Part shown: positions 1-9,572 of the stretch, piece after piece | Numbering within the stretch: the first letter of the stretch is position 1 | How the letters are laid out: each line of letters starts with the position of its first letter | Source of the DNA: a virus | Lineage: Duplodnaviria > Caudoviricetes | DNA: 37,000 nucleotides | IMG/VR virus record: IMGVR_UViG_3300017785_003765 | Span: 1-37,000 of that record | Direction: 5' to 3' (one strand) | Notes under the pieces: generated by a model | Databases searched by the model: none | The model's input: the letters and a program-made list of their open reading frames with translations, nothing else | Told to the model about the DNA's origin: nothing | Translations under genes and position numbers: made by a program

Positions 1-123
1 ACTTCACTCGCCTCAAGGTCTCGTGCCATGCCCTGCATCGCAGCCTGTAACGCACGCGCCACCCGCACACGTCCACGGTCTTCCGGACGAATCCACGCCC
101 CGTCCATGTGCCACTTCCGCAAG
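1..123. repeat. Terminal direct repeat, copy 1 (circular overlap)
   Basis: 1-123 is identical to 36878-37000. Confidence 0.97.
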
Positions 124-281
124 AACGCCACACAGCCCACAATCGCCCCGTCGCATTCCACAACAATCACGCGGTCGTCAACGGGGTGCAAGGACGGCCA
201 GACCGTTTCCAACAGGGTTCCCACCAACCGCGCCCATTCTGTGGCTGGCAGTATCCGTGTAACTAGAGAACCTGCTCGCAC
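1..281 (-). CDS. N-terminal part of a GNAT-like acetyltransferase (P22 gp14 position); continues at 36877..36769
   Basis: Own translation from GTG 281: VRAGSLVTRILPATEWARL...RVIVVECDGAIVGCVAFLRKWHMDGAWIRPEDRGR. In frame with ORF 36769..36999; about 129 aa in total; lies between tail and ejection genes. Confidence 0.65.
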   Translation of the reverse strand, partial: MRAGSLVTRILPATEWARLVGTLLETVWPSLHPVDDRVIVVECDGAIVGCVAFLRKWHMDGAWIRPEDRGRVRVARALQAAMQGMARDLEASE

Positions 282-745
282 AGCACGTCCAAGTGATACT
301 GCATCGTCACCGCCCCCGAGCTGGCGTAGGTCGTCGCATACGTGATCGCCGTCGCCTCGTCCACCCGCACCAGGAACGTCAGACTGCCCACCGTCGCGGT
401 CGTGTTGCCGGTCATCGCGGCGCTGCTCGTCGTACACGCCACCGTCGAGGTCCACCCGAAGGTGACCGTCAACGAGGAACTGGTGGTCGCCGCTCGAGTC
501 ACCCGCGCCGCCATCGACAGGCGATACACGCCCGGCTGTACCAAGAGTACGGCAAAGGCCGTCGAGCCAATCGAGGCCGCGTGCGTCGAAACCGTCGCCG
601 TCGCCAATACCTGCGGACTCGCATTCACCAGATCCGCCAGCGAGAGCAGCCAATACCGCATGGCCTGCGTCACCCGCCCCGTGATCCGATTCGCCGTGAC
701 CGGTTGCTCCACCACGAAGTCCGGCACTGGCGCAATAATCACCAT
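263..745 (-). CDS. Tail-associated virion protein
   Basis: 160 aa, Thr/Ser/Ala-rich, directly abuts the gp10-like gene. Confidence 0.55.
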   Translation of the reverse strand: MVIIAPVPDFVVEQPVTANRITGRVTQAMRYWLLSLADLVNASPQVLATATVSTHAASIGSTAFAVLLVQPGVYRLSMAARVTRAATTSSSLTVTFGWTSTVACTTSSAAMTGNTTATVGSLTFLVRVDEATAITYATTYASSGAVTMQYHLDVLCEQVL

Positions 746-2215
746 TCATGCGCCCTGCCCTTGAAAGTTGCGACCTTCGACACTCGCCCCCACAATGCGC
801 CACAGAATCGGATCGGTGACCACAATCTCCGGCACCCACATCTGCTGGGCACTCGCCAGCCGCGTCCAGTAGACCGGCGTGTTGTACGCGCCCTGCGCGC
901 CCGCCGAGGCCGTCTGGCTGTTACTCCACGTCTTGAGGTTGGTACTGGTCCGCAGCTCCACCTGTGGGTCCGCGCCCTGCCCCGACCCCGTGCCCAAACC
1001 CGGCTCCATCAGCAACTGGAACCGAGACACGAACATCCGTCGTGCCTGCGGCCCCAGCCACAGCGGCGGTGGCACCCGCAACCGGCGAATGAGGTCGCCG
1101 TTGCATTCCGTGGTCGTAGTCGTGTCCATCGTGCAAAGCTGTCCGCTTTCCCGATTCCCAACCAAATGTTTCCCAAAGGCGTAGCAATGGCTCCGTGGCC
1201 CCCAAAAGTCATAACTGCCACTGGCGGTATCCCAGACACCACGCTCGTGCCACAGGCCAGTGGAGAGGTCGTAGACCCACGTTGCATTCGCGGAGGGAAA
1301 CGTCAGGCAATAGAACGTGTGCCCCTGGTCGCTATACACCACCGCTTCAGCATCAGTGATGATGCTCGTCCGGGCATATCCCGCAATGGCCGTCTCCACC
1401 GCATACGTGCTGATGCGGGCGGGAACCAGCCCTGTCGCCGCGACCACAATCCCTGCGCCATCCGCGGTCTGTGACAACCACAGCATCTTGTCCGCGGCCA
1501 GCTTCACACTGTACGGCGCACAGGTGCCATACCCAAACACGCTGCCGGGAACCGGCTGGAACGGGAACGGCGATGTGCCCGCGTCATACCAGACCTCACC
1601 CGTCTGCTCCCCAATCAGCCAAATCTGCCGACTGCCATCGACCACCATCGCCTTCCACGGGTCCGGGGCAATGCTGCGCTGGGCATACTGCGTCAAATCC
1701 CACGTCGCGCCATCGTTCAGTTCGCTGATGTAAAACTTCGAGGCGGCACTGTCAAACGCCAAGAAGTAGCCGTCAATCATCCCCACCATCGTGGTGATGC
1801 CCGCCAGATTCGCCACCGCGCTCAACGTGTTGGTGCTAATCGTGAGCAGGTAGCCATTCGTGGCCGAGGCAATCAGGAGCTGGCCTCCCGCGTCCCCGTT
1901 GCTGGCAATGCCCGCAGGATTGGGATCATTCGACACCGTGCCGCTGGTCACAATCGAGGCGCTGTTGGTGACCAGCACCTGGTAGACGTGTGCCCCCATG
2001 ACGGCAAAGCACCGACCGGCCATCGCGAACAACGCCCGGCAGTTGATGTCGCTGACCGTCACGTAACTCGCCTGACCCGGACAGGGATACAAGGCGGCGC
2101 TATAAGGAGACGCCGACGACTGAATCTGCTCGGGATACCAGTTGACCGTGCGCTCACAGTCCGCCCACGGGCTTTGGGACTCATTGGAGCCGTACACAAA
2201 GCCGGGATACTGCAT
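746..2215 (-). CDS. P22 gp10-like tail hub / packaged DNA stabilization protein
   Basis: 489 aa; CERTVNWYPE, DGYFL, FYISELNDG and GHTFYCLTFPSANATWVYDLSTGLWHER motifs typical of gp10 homologues; synteny. Confidence 0.85.
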   Translation of the reverse strand: MQYPGFVYGSNESQSPWADCERTVNWYPEQIQSSASPYSAALYPCPGQASYVTVSDINCRALFAMAGRCFAVMGAHVYQVLVTNSASIVTSGTVSNDPNPAGIASNGDAGGQLLIASATNGYLLTISTNTLSAVANLAGITTMVGMIDGYFLAFDSAASKFYISELNDGATWDLTQYAQRSIAPDPWKAMVVDGSRQIWLIGEQTGEVWYDAGTSPFPFQPVPGSVFGYGTCAPYSVKLAADKMLWLSQTADGAGIVVAATGLVPARISTYAVETAIAGYARTSIITDAEAVVYSDQGHTFYCLTFPSANATWVYDLSTGLWHERGVWDTASGSYDFWGPRSHCYAFGKHLVGNRESGQLCTMDTTTTTECNGDLIRRLRVPPPLWLGPQARRMFVSRFQLLMEPGLGTGSGQGADPQVELRTSTNLKTWSNSQTASAGAQGAYNTPVYWTRLASAQQMWVPEIVVTDPILWRIVGASVEGRNFQGQGA

Positions 2216-2217
2216 GA

Positions 2218-2952
2218 CTAGCTGTCCGAATAGATGTTGTAGTGCGGTCCCGAACCCCCGAAAATCAATCCGGCCACGCCGCTGGACAAGTCTAGCAGTC
2301 GCACATTGGCGCGTTTGATGTCGGCTTTACTTTCCATCGCGGCTTGCTGCAAGTCCGGCGTCAGCGGCGCATCAAAGGCGCTGGCGATTTCTTTCGCCAA
2401 TCCCGTGCGAAGAAACCGCCGATACCCCGGCGGCAAACTGATCGTGTCGCTAATCGCCGCAAACTCTGCGACCGGCACGGGCGTGTAAATCACCCCTTGC
2501 AACGTGGTGTTGGTCGGAATCGGCCACAAATAGATCAGGCCCAATCCTGACGTGAAGGTCGGGTTGTAATACATGGCCTGCGGATACACCGAGGTCAACG
2601 CCTTCTGGGCAATGCCCGCATAGGCGTCTTCGGTCAGCAGCGGCCCAAGGTTGTATTCAATCGTCGGAGAAACGCTGGTGTCCTGAAACCCCACGTTGGT
2701 CACGCCCATCGGCCCCGTAGGACGCGCACAATTGATGACACCCCCCGACCCAATCGTGTAACTCGCAGCCGTCGAAATCGTCCAGGTTGTCCGAGCCTGA
2801 CTGTAGACCGTCAGACCCTCTGTCGCTAGACCGTTGATCCAGTCATTCAAACGCGCCAGCGCATACGCGGCATCGTTGGCCGACACCGTCTCGCCGACCT
2901 GCAACACGCGCAAGTCTTGCAACGACGCCGTGATCAGTTCGCTAACTGTCAT
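2218..2952 (-). CDS. P22 gp4-like head-tail adaptor
   Basis: Start MTVSELITASLQDLRVLQVGETVSANDAAYALARLNDWI; C-terminal LPPGYRRFLRTGLA; ATG overlaps the upstream stop. Confidence 0.75.
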   Translation of the reverse strand: MTVSELITASLQDLRVLQVGETVSANDAAYALARLNDWINGLATEGLTVYSQARTTWTISTAASYTIGSGGVINCARPTGPMGVTNVGFQDTSVSPTIEYNLGPLLTEDAYAGIAQKALTSVYPQAMYYNPTFTSGLGLIYLWPIPTNTTLQGVIYTPVPVAEFAAISDTISLPPGYRRFLRTGLAKEIASAFDAPLTPDLQQAAMESKADIKRANVRLLDLSSGVAGLIFGGSGPHYNIYSDS

Positions 2953-3230
2953 TAGACCTGATACAACGCATTCATCAACGTGGCCGTGGTCGTGGTGCTG
3001 TTCACCCGGATGCACTTCAGGGGCAGCAAGGTGCCTGCCGCGACCGTAAATGCCCCGGAACTGCCGTCTTCAAAGATCGCGACCACAATCCCCGCCCCGC
3101 CGACAAAGATCGCATCCGACGGGATCGCTTTTGTCGCGGCACTCGCGCTGTAGGTGCTGCCGTCGAAGTTGACGGTGTCGCTCTTGGTAATCAAGACCGA
3201 CCGATTAAACGTGCCACTGGCTTGTGCCAT
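2952..3230 (-). CDS. Small virion protein
   Basis: 92 aa with AIFVGGAGIVV...GTLLPLKCIRVNSTTTTAT; coupled within the late operon. Confidence 0.65.
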   Translation of the reverse strand: MAQASGTFNRSVLITKSDTVNFDGSTYSASAATKAIPSDAIFVGGAGIVVAIFEDGSSGAFTVAAGTLLPLKCIRVNSTTTTATLMNALYQV

Positions 3231-3707
3231 TTACTGGACCTGTACCTTCCGCGGGCGTCCCGCTTTGCGCTTTTCGGGCAACGCAGGGAGATGTTCGTGC
3301 GTGGCGTCATCGGCCAGCTTCGCTTCCGCCTGCGCGACCTCGCCCATGCGCTGGTCCGTGAAATGCCGCATCGCCGCAATGTCCGCCATCGACCGCTGCG
3401 CCACTTCGTAGCCCGCAATCGCTAGGTCCGGCGTGTCGTACCAGCCCTGCTTCACTGACTTGTCCAGTTCCTCTTGGTTCTGGACAATCTGCTGACAGGA
3501 CCGGGCAAACGCTTCACCCACCGCATCCCCGACCGCCGCGAGTGGATCGCCGCACATGATCTTGCCGTTCTCACGCGCACGGGCCTGATAGACCATCTTC
3601 GGGAACGGCTCGTAGCCGTTCGCGCCCATCCCGCCGTGGCGTTTCTGGGTGTTCCACTTTGTCATCTCGCGGGAGTATTCGCTGTCGGGATTGTGAATGA
3701 TCGCCAT
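3231..3707 (-). CDS. Hypothetical head-region protein
   Basis: 158 aa, FPKMVY motif, basic KRKAGRPRK tail, GAGG RBS. Confidence 0.7.
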   Translation of the reverse strand: MAIIHNPDSEYSREMTKWNTQKRHGGMGANGYEPFPKMVYQARARENGKIMCGDPLAAVGDAVGEAFARSCQQIVQNQEELDKSVKQGWYDTPDLAIAGYEVAQRSMADIAAMRHFTDQRMGEVAQAEAKLADDATHEHLPALPEKRKAGRPRKVQVQ

Positions 3708-3717
3708 GTGTCCTCTG

Positions 3718-3748
3718 AAAAGAGAGGGACGGCACGGTGCCGCCCCCC
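3718..3748 (-). terminator. Intrinsic terminator after the capsid genes
   Basis: Minus strand GGGCGGCA-CCG-TGCCGTCC followed by CTCTCTTTT. Confidence 0.6.
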
Positions 3749-3764
3749 TTGTGAAAAGCCGAAC

Positions 3765-4397
3765 CTACGCGACAGTGCCCGTGATGTTCGTGACGGTTCC
3801 GGCAATCGGAATCGCCGCAAACGCATTCCACAGACCGTTGCACGCCACACACTGCATGGCAATCGGGGCTGTCGCGTTGACCGTCACCACGTCGTAAGAC
3901 GCGCCCGCGCCAGACAGCCCGCCCGTGAACGTCAGCACATGCGCCGCCGCGCCGTTGCCGATGATCATCAGCGTGGTGCCGTCCATGTCCTTCGTCGGGA
4001 CAGGGACCGTCAGGGTAATGACCGATGTGCCATTGAGAATGACACGCAGGTCCGTGCCCGCTGCCGGAAGCGTCAGGGTCGAAGTGGCCGTGATGCTCTG
4101 CACCACCACCGCCCGAGACGCCTGATACGTCACGACTTCCTGCGCCGATGGGGTTGAGAAATCTGTCGCCGCCCCATGCGTCACATTGGCCGTGATCTTG
4201 TGCGCGACCGTCGCGCTGCCATCAATGCCACGCTGCACCGGCACCGAGGTGCCAGACACGTAGCTCTGCATGACCTTCATCATTTCCTGATCGACCAACA
4301 CCAGTCGTCCCGCCGACACAGACGTAGCCGACGCGACCGTGATGCTGGTGTCGGCCAGGGCCACCGCCACCGACAGAGTCGTTGTTGCCAATGCCAT
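3765..4397 (-). CDS. Capsid decoration/cement-like protein
   Basis: 210 aa, Thr/Ala/Val-rich, immediately after the coat gene. Confidence 0.6.
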   Translation of the reverse strand: MALATTTLSVAVALADTSITVASATSVSAGRLVLVDQEMMKVMQSYVSGTSVPVQRGIDGSATVAHKITANVTHGAATDFSTPSAQEVVTYQASRAVVVQSITATSTLTLPAAGTDLRVILNGTSVITLTVPVPTKDMDGTTLMIIGNGAAAHVLTFTGGLSGAGASYDVVTVNATAPIAMQCVACNGLWNAFAAIPIAGTVTNITGTVA

Positions 4398-4400
4398 GAC

Positions 4401-5639
4401 TTAACCCCACACTCTCGCGGCAAGCCGCGCCTGAATAGTTGCCGCACCAATCAGGATGTCCAGACGGCTGGGATTCTGGTCCGTGCCAATCTGATACTGC
4501 TCAACCATCCGGATCGAGAACCCAAGTGCCTTGCTGCGTACCGTGGTGGACTCTGCGCCCGCTCCGGGCTTCATCAGGTCGGCCATCACGAAGGCAAACG
4601 CATCGGGGTGATAGACAAACGACTGCGGCGAGGTGGTCGTCGCCAGCGTGCCAGCCGTAGGCGAGGTCGCACCAAGGACCGTGACGACCGCGTTGTCCGC
4701 CGGGGACGCATCCACTGTCTGCAGCTGACCCGAGGTCACAATCGACGGGCTAATCGGCAGCGTAGCCATTGCGCCAGCGCTATCCGACGTGTCCGCCGTA
4801 ACCACGAACTGCTGGAGACGACCCGTGGACGAGTAGGACAGCGGGTTCACGCTGTTCACGCCAGCGATGGTGAAAATGTCGCCCTTCTTGAGGGACGACG
4901 CGCCAGACGCCCAGCCGTCAATAGCAATCGTGCTGCCGGTCTGGCTTGCGCCGTTGACCAGTGGAGTCGACGCCGTAAACGTGCCGGTCGTGTGCGTCGG
5001 ACGCACCGGGTCCTGCAGCCACTTATCCACGCCCAACTGCCGACGCCCAAACATGCCCTCTTCGTAGTTCTCAGAGATGATGGCCGTTGGGTTGAACAGC
5101 GACGAGGTGGTGTTGGCCAGCGTGGACATCGCCAGCGGGTCCAGCACCGCCACGCGACCCTTGAGCGGGGTCGAGAGGTCGGTCAGTTTGACGCCCGCCT
5201 GCAGATACGTAATGGTCGCGCTCGGCGTAGTGCCGGGGGTGCCCACCGCACTGTAGATGTCGCGATAAACCGCATTGAACGCCAGCACTTCTGCCGCGTT
5301 CGCCAGCGCCTCGGACCCCGGATCAACATACCGAGCACGGATGTTGTCCAGTTCAGTCGTCGCCTGCTGGCTGCTGTAGCCAAACGCGACGTTCTTCTGG
5401 TTGGTCAGCGAAATCGGCACCGTCTGGTCGTACAGGTTCTGCAGCTGCAGCGCCTGTCCGTCCGTCACGGTAAACCGCTGGGGCAGTCGGGCATTCACGG
5501 TATTGCCGACTTTCGCGCCAGCAATTTCGTACTGCGAATCGTAGGTCCGGTTGACGTTAGCCAGAAACACGAGCTTATTAATAAAGCCTCGTGCGACTTC
5601 CTTCGTCGTCCAGGACGGGGTGGCAAGTGTATTAGCCAT
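4401..5639 (-). CDS. Major capsid protein, P22 coat (gp5) family
   Basis: MANTLATPSWTTKE, GAKVGNTVNARLP, LKKGDIFTIAGVNSVNP and RLDILIG motifs. Confidence 0.92.
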   Translation of the reverse strand: MANTLATPSWTTKEVARGFINKLVFLANVNRTYDSQYEIAGAKVGNTVNARLPQRFTVTDGQALQLQNLYDQTVPISLTNQKNVAFGYSSQQATTELDNIRARYVDPGSEALANAAEVLAFNAVYRDIYSAVGTPGTTPSATITYLQAGVKLTDLSTPLKGRVAVLDPLAMSTLANTTSSLFNPTAIISENYEEGMFGRRQLGVDKWLQDPVRPTHTTGTFTASTPLVNGASQTGSTIAIDGWASGASSLKKGDIFTIAGVNSVNPLSYSSTGRLQQFVVTADTSDSAGAMATLPISPSIVTSGQLQTVDASPADNAVVTVLGATSPTAGTLATTTSPQSFVYHPDAFAFVMADLMKPGAGAESTTVRSKALGFSIRMVEQYQIGTDQNPSRLDILIGAATIQARLAARVWG

Positions 5640-5661
5640 CGATCATCCTCGCTTTAGAGAG

Positions 5662-6576
5662 TTATAGGCGACCCGCCTGACGGTCAGCAGCATTCATGCG
5701 ACGGAAATGTTCGTCCATCGACAGGTCATCGCTGATCTCAAACGGGTCAGACACAGGCGGCGAGGTGCCCAGCGGCTTGATAGGCGCTCTCGCGTTACTG
5801 ACGACTCGTGCTGGGCCGCGTGGTGAAGAAGCAGCTTCGAGTCGGCCTTCCAATTTCCCCATTTCCCGGTAGGTGTCTGCCGGGTGCAGCGTGGAGAGAC
5901 GCTGAGATTCGTCGGGATGCGCGGAGAGCCACTGAAGGAGTTCAATCCCGAGCGGCGAGTCTTTGACCAGATGTTGCATGGGCAAACTCATCGGCGTGTC
6001 GGGGTTCAGCTCCGCATCCAAGTTGGGGTTCTTGTCACGCGCCGCCGTCAACCGGTCGGTCCACGCGGTATCCATCTGGGTCTGATACTGCTGGACGCGG
6101 GACTGCTGGTCGCGCTCCTGTCGCTGCGTCTGGCGCTCTTCATCGCGGACATCCGAGACAAAGGTCGCCATCGCCATCGAGTAATCTTCGTAGGCGTCAA
6201 ACTGATCGACAGTCGGGACGCCCGGCATCGCCTTGAACCGCGCCCATTCACTCCCGTGGGCCGGGGGCGGCGTTGGCTCTGTTTCTGGCGCAGGCGGACG
6301 CGACAGTTCCGCGATCCGGGCTTCGGCGGCATCGGCCCGACGTTCCGCGGCCCGTTGCTTGCCGACCGCAGACGAAACCGCCTCGGACGCGCTGTCGCTG
6401 CGATTCCGACGTTTCTCTGTGGGTTTCTCAACTGGCGCGACCGCGATGGGCGCAGAAGCTTCTGAATCAGCCGCGGGGGGATCGTCGGCAAAGGCGGATT
6501 GAATCTGGTCCACGGTCTCGTGGTTGGAATCAATCGTGATGTCGCCGTCGGTGACCTGTCCTGCGTCTGTCGTCAT
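5662..6576 (-). CDS. Scaffolding protein
   Basis: 304 aa, coiled-coil; GIELLQWLSAHPDESQRL, REMGKLEGRL, APIKPL; directly upstream of the coat gene. Confidence 0.8.
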   Translation of the reverse strand: MTTDAGQVTDGDITIDSNHETVDQIQSAFADDPPAADSEASAPIAVAPVEKPTEKRRNRSDSASEAVSSAVGKQRAAERRADAAEARIAELSRPPAPETEPTPPPAHGSEWARFKAMPGVPTVDQFDAYEDYSMAMATFVSDVRDEERQTQRQERDQQSRVQQYQTQMDTAWTDRLTAARDKNPNLDAELNPDTPMSLPMQHLVKDSPLGIELLQWLSAHPDESQRLSTLHPADTYREMGKLEGRLEAASSPRGPARVVSNARAPIKPLGTSPPVSDPFEISDDLSMDEHFRRMNAADRQAGRL

Positions 6577-6602
6577 ACGCCTCTCAAAAAAAGGGGGGAC
6601 CT

Positions 6603-6648
6603 AAAACAAAAGGCGCGTCTCACGGCTATCTGCCGGAAACACGCCCCC
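6603..6648 (-). terminator. Terminator/attenuator-like hairpin in the scaffold leader
   Basis: Minus strand GGCGTGTTTCCGGC-AGATA-GCCGTGAGACGCGCC-TTTTGTTTT. Confidence 0.5.
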
Positions 6649-6754
6649 TTGTCGTGTGTCCCCTTGTCGTCTCACCCGCCGGGGAGCGGTTGTCGGCGCG
6701 GTCATGAGTCGCGCCCGAGTGAGAACGTCAGCTATTTATTCTAAAATCTCCCTA

Positions 6755-6784
6755 CAAATAGCACACATATAGCCAAATCGTCAA
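6755..6784 (-). promoter_or_regulatory. Possible sigma-70 promoter for scaffold/capsid genes
   Basis: TTGACG-N18-TATTTG with TG extension in an AT-rich intergenic patch. Confidence 0.35.
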
Positions 6785-6789
6785 TTCCG

Positions 6790-7080
6790 TTACGTATTTC
6801 GTTTGCTAATAGCCTTAGCTTTGGCGCGAGCGTCTTCTTTGCTCGATGCGCCCCACGCCTTGAGGGACAACGCCAGACGCGTCGGATCGCCGTCCGGTTC
6901 TGTCATCGGCCCCAGCATATTGCCCATCCGCGCCAGAAAACTGGCTCGGCGCGGGTTATCCCCGGCTTTGACCGGAGGACGTAGGGTGCCGCCAGTTTCG
7001 GCGTGATACGACGCTCGGCCCTTGGCGTTTAATCCGCCCGCAGGATTCTTGCCTTCTTTGCGCGTCCAGGCGGCACTCAT
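6790..7080 (-). CDS. Conserved small basic phage protein
   Basis: AWTRKEGKNPAGGLNAKGRASY...RRASFLARM...RLALSLKAWG, a family common in aquatic phages; ATGA-coupled to the portal gene. Confidence 0.75.
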   Translation of the reverse strand: MSAAWTRKEGKNPAGGLNAKGRASYHAETGGTLRPPVKAGDNPRRASFLARMGNMLGPMTEPDGDPTRLALSLKAWGASSKEDARAKAKAISKRNT

Positions 7081-9569
7081 ACCATTTCCTCCGGCAACTG
7101 CTGGGCGTCTGCGGCGACATCCTTAGGCGTGCCTTCCATGTTCATGCCGCCATTCTGAACCGACAAGGCGGCATCCTGCTGGGCGTCCTGCGCGGACGCG
7201 TCCTGTGCCTGCATCGCTTGCTGCTGCGCCATCTGCTGCGACTGGATGTGGTCCTGCGCCGACTGCTCCTGCGCCTGTCCCGCCTGCATCGCCGCCATCT
7301 GCTGGAGATGCTGCTGGGACGCGCCCGTGCCGACCCGGTTCACTTCCGCCGCGAAAATCGCCCCCGCTTCGTCGGCACGAATCTTCATCGCCGTAATCGC
7401 GAGTTGCGTCTCGTTCCGCATCCGCTCTATTTCAATCTTGGCGGCTTGATCACTCTGCGCGGTCTGGGCCTGCATCTGGAGTTTCTGGCCGTCCATCTCC
7501 AGCAGCTTCGTCTTCTCGTCCAGCGCCTTCGTCAACTGCTCGACCATCTGACCCGCCTGCTGCAACTGCTGCTGCAACTGCTGCGGGTCCGGGCCGTCGT
7601 CCTTCGCTTGCAATGGCGGCGGGAGCATCTTCTTCACACGTTCGGCGGCTTCCAAGTGACCGGGGAAATCGCGGAACTTGAGGTAGATGTCACCAAGAAT
7701 CGGGAACAGACTGGGATTGGCCTGGAACAGATTGCCCATCTCATCCGCGCCTTCTTCATTGCGGCTCTTGTACGACTTGCCAATGCTGACTACCACGCCA
7801 TACCGACCCTTCTTCAGGTCGTAATTCAACACCTTGCCTTGTGGACGCGGCGGAGGCGCGGGAGCCATGCCGTTCATGGGCATCGGACCGCCTTGCGGGC
7901 GCTGCGGAGGCGCAAGCGGCGCTCCTGGCATCCCCATCGTTAGAAGTTGACCCGGCGGCGGCATCCCCATGCCCATCTGCGGGGCGGCTGGAGGCTGCGG
8001 CTGCGGCAGCGCGGCGACCGGGCGCTTCGTTTGCGGGTTCATGGTAAACGGCTGGTTCAACATGACCGTCTTGGCGTTATCTTCGCGGTCCAGAATCCGC
8101 GCCACACGACCGGGCCGGTCATAGATGTGAGGGATCAGGTCCAACACCACCTTGGCTTCATACGTCAGGCTGATTTCTGCCAGATTGTCGAGAAAATGAC
8201 TCGACCCCGCGGTGTGCTGGTTCTGCAACGCCAGCACCGCTCGGCCACTCTTGGCATTCGTCGCTTGCTGACCCAAGGCCGACTCATATGCGCCCGTCCC
8301 CTCGTGGATAAACTCCCGCGCTTGCTGCAACAGCAACATGCTGGGGCCGAGACGCGACGTATCGACTTGGGTACGCTGCGGCGGTGGCGCAGGGGTGCCG
8401 TTCAGAGACACATTGCGATACCGCAGATACGGAAAGTTCCGCACGTTGGCGAGCTGCCACTCCTGCTCGTGGCCCTCTTCCTGCCCCTCCACCATCGTGT
8501 ACGGCGCTTTCGTTTCCAAACTCGCCATCTCGACCGCACTGCTGGCGCTGTAATTCAGGAGCCGCACCGCGTCCTTGTTCGGCTCAATCATGCCGACCCA
8601 CCGCCGCTCGGCTTCAAACGGAATCAGCTCCCGCCCCACCACCGGAATAATCGGGATGTACCGCCCGTCCATCGCCTGCTTCGGCTCAAGCTCCTCAATC
8701 GCGTTGATGGTGGACCAATACAGAATCGGCGTTTTCTCCACTTTCGTGCGGGCCTCTGCGCCCGTCCGCGCCGTGCGTCCGTCCGGAATCGCATCTTCTT
8801 CGGATTCGGACCCATCGTCCAGCAGCACCTTCCGGCTGGTTTCATACTCCATCCGGTAATACTCGGCCACGCGCACCGCCCGTCCCGCGCCTTCCGTGCC
8901 GGAAACCCAGTGCTGCGTATTCATCCCAATCGACGACAACTCGTCTTCGGAAAACGTCGCCATCTCACTGCGAGGATACCGACGTTTATACGTCTCCCAC
9001 GGCATATCGTTGATGAGAAACGCCCACTGCCCATCCGAAAAGTCCGGCTCCTGCGCGAACGGGTCCAGCACCACGCTCCCCTGCTGCAAGATGCGCTTAA
9101 TGATGATGCGCTGGTCAAAGGCATCATCGCTATCCGGGTCGGCTTCGGTAATGACGCGGTAATAGCCACGGCCCGCCTTCACGGCGCGCTCGAATGCCCA
9201 ACTCCGGGCCAGCCCCGCCCGACTTTCCACTTCAATCCGCCGATACAGCCCTTGAATCACTTCTGCCGTGTCGTCGTTGGCGTCCTCAGACAGCGGATGC
9301 ACCGTCACGCCCAAATGCGCGGCCTTCTCCGCGTTCAGCACCAGCTGAATCGGATGGTCGAGACTTGGAATACTCAGCATCGGGCGTTGCGGAATCGCAA
9401 CGCCGCCAATAATCTGTGGTTTGCGCTGATCCTTGACCTCGGTCGGCCAGCACAGGTCGGGCACTTGGAACCGCAGCGCATCGACTTCACGATTCCGCTG
9501 ATCCACGTCGGCATCGGACCCCATCTTGAACCGATCCAACGCCTGTTGCAGATCTTCAGTATGTGCCAT
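7077..9569 (-). CDS. Portal protein (P22-like)
   Basis: 830 aa following TerL; AFERAVKAGRGYYRV, YIPIIPVVG, SGRAVLALQ, GRYGVVVSIGKSYKSRNEE; Gln-rich C-terminal barrel. Confidence 0.9.
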   Translation of the reverse strand: MAHTEDLQQALDRFKMGSDADVDQRNREVDALRFQVPDLCWPTEVKDQRKPQIIGGVAIPQRPMLSIPSLDHPIQLVLNAEKAAHLGVTVHPLSEDANDDTAEVIQGLYRRIEVESRAGLARSWAFERAVKAGRGYYRVITEADPDSDDAFDQRIIIKRILQQGSVVLDPFAQEPDFSDGQWAFLINDMPWETYKRRYPRSEMATFSEDELSSIGMNTQHWVSGTEGAGRAVRVAEYYRMEYETSRKVLLDDGSESEEDAIPDGRTARTGAEARTKVEKTPILYWSTINAIEELEPKQAMDGRYIPIIPVVGRELIPFEAERRWVGMIEPNKDAVRLLNYSASSAVEMASLETKAPYTMVEGQEEGHEQEWQLANVRNFPYLRYRNVSLNGTPAPPPQRTQVDTSRLGPSMLLLQQAREFIHEGTGAYESALGQQATNAKSGRAVLALQNQHTAGSSHFLDNLAEISLTYEAKVVLDLIPHIYDRPGRVARILDREDNAKTVMLNQPFTMNPQTKRPVAALPQPQPPAAPQMGMGMPPPGQLLTMGMPGAPLAPPQRPQGGPMPMNGMAPAPPPRPQGKVLNYDLKKGRYGVVVSIGKSYKSRNEEGADEMGNLFQANPSLFPILGDIYLKFRDFPGHLEAAERVKKMLPPPLQAKDDGPDPQQLQQQLQQAGQMVEQLTKALDEKTKLLEMDGQKLQMQAQTAQSDQAAKIEIERMRNETQLAITAMKIRADEAGAIFAAEVNRVGTGASQQHLQQMAAMQAGQAQEQSAQDHIQSQQMAQQQAMQAQDASAQDAQQDAALSVQNGGMNMEGTPKDVAADAQQLPEEMV

Positions 9570-9572
9570 AGA

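Noticed and set aside
1-123. Terminal repeat as a biological DTR
   Set aside because: It falls in the middle of a gene and has the size of an assembler overlap, so it more likely marks circular assembly than virion ends.
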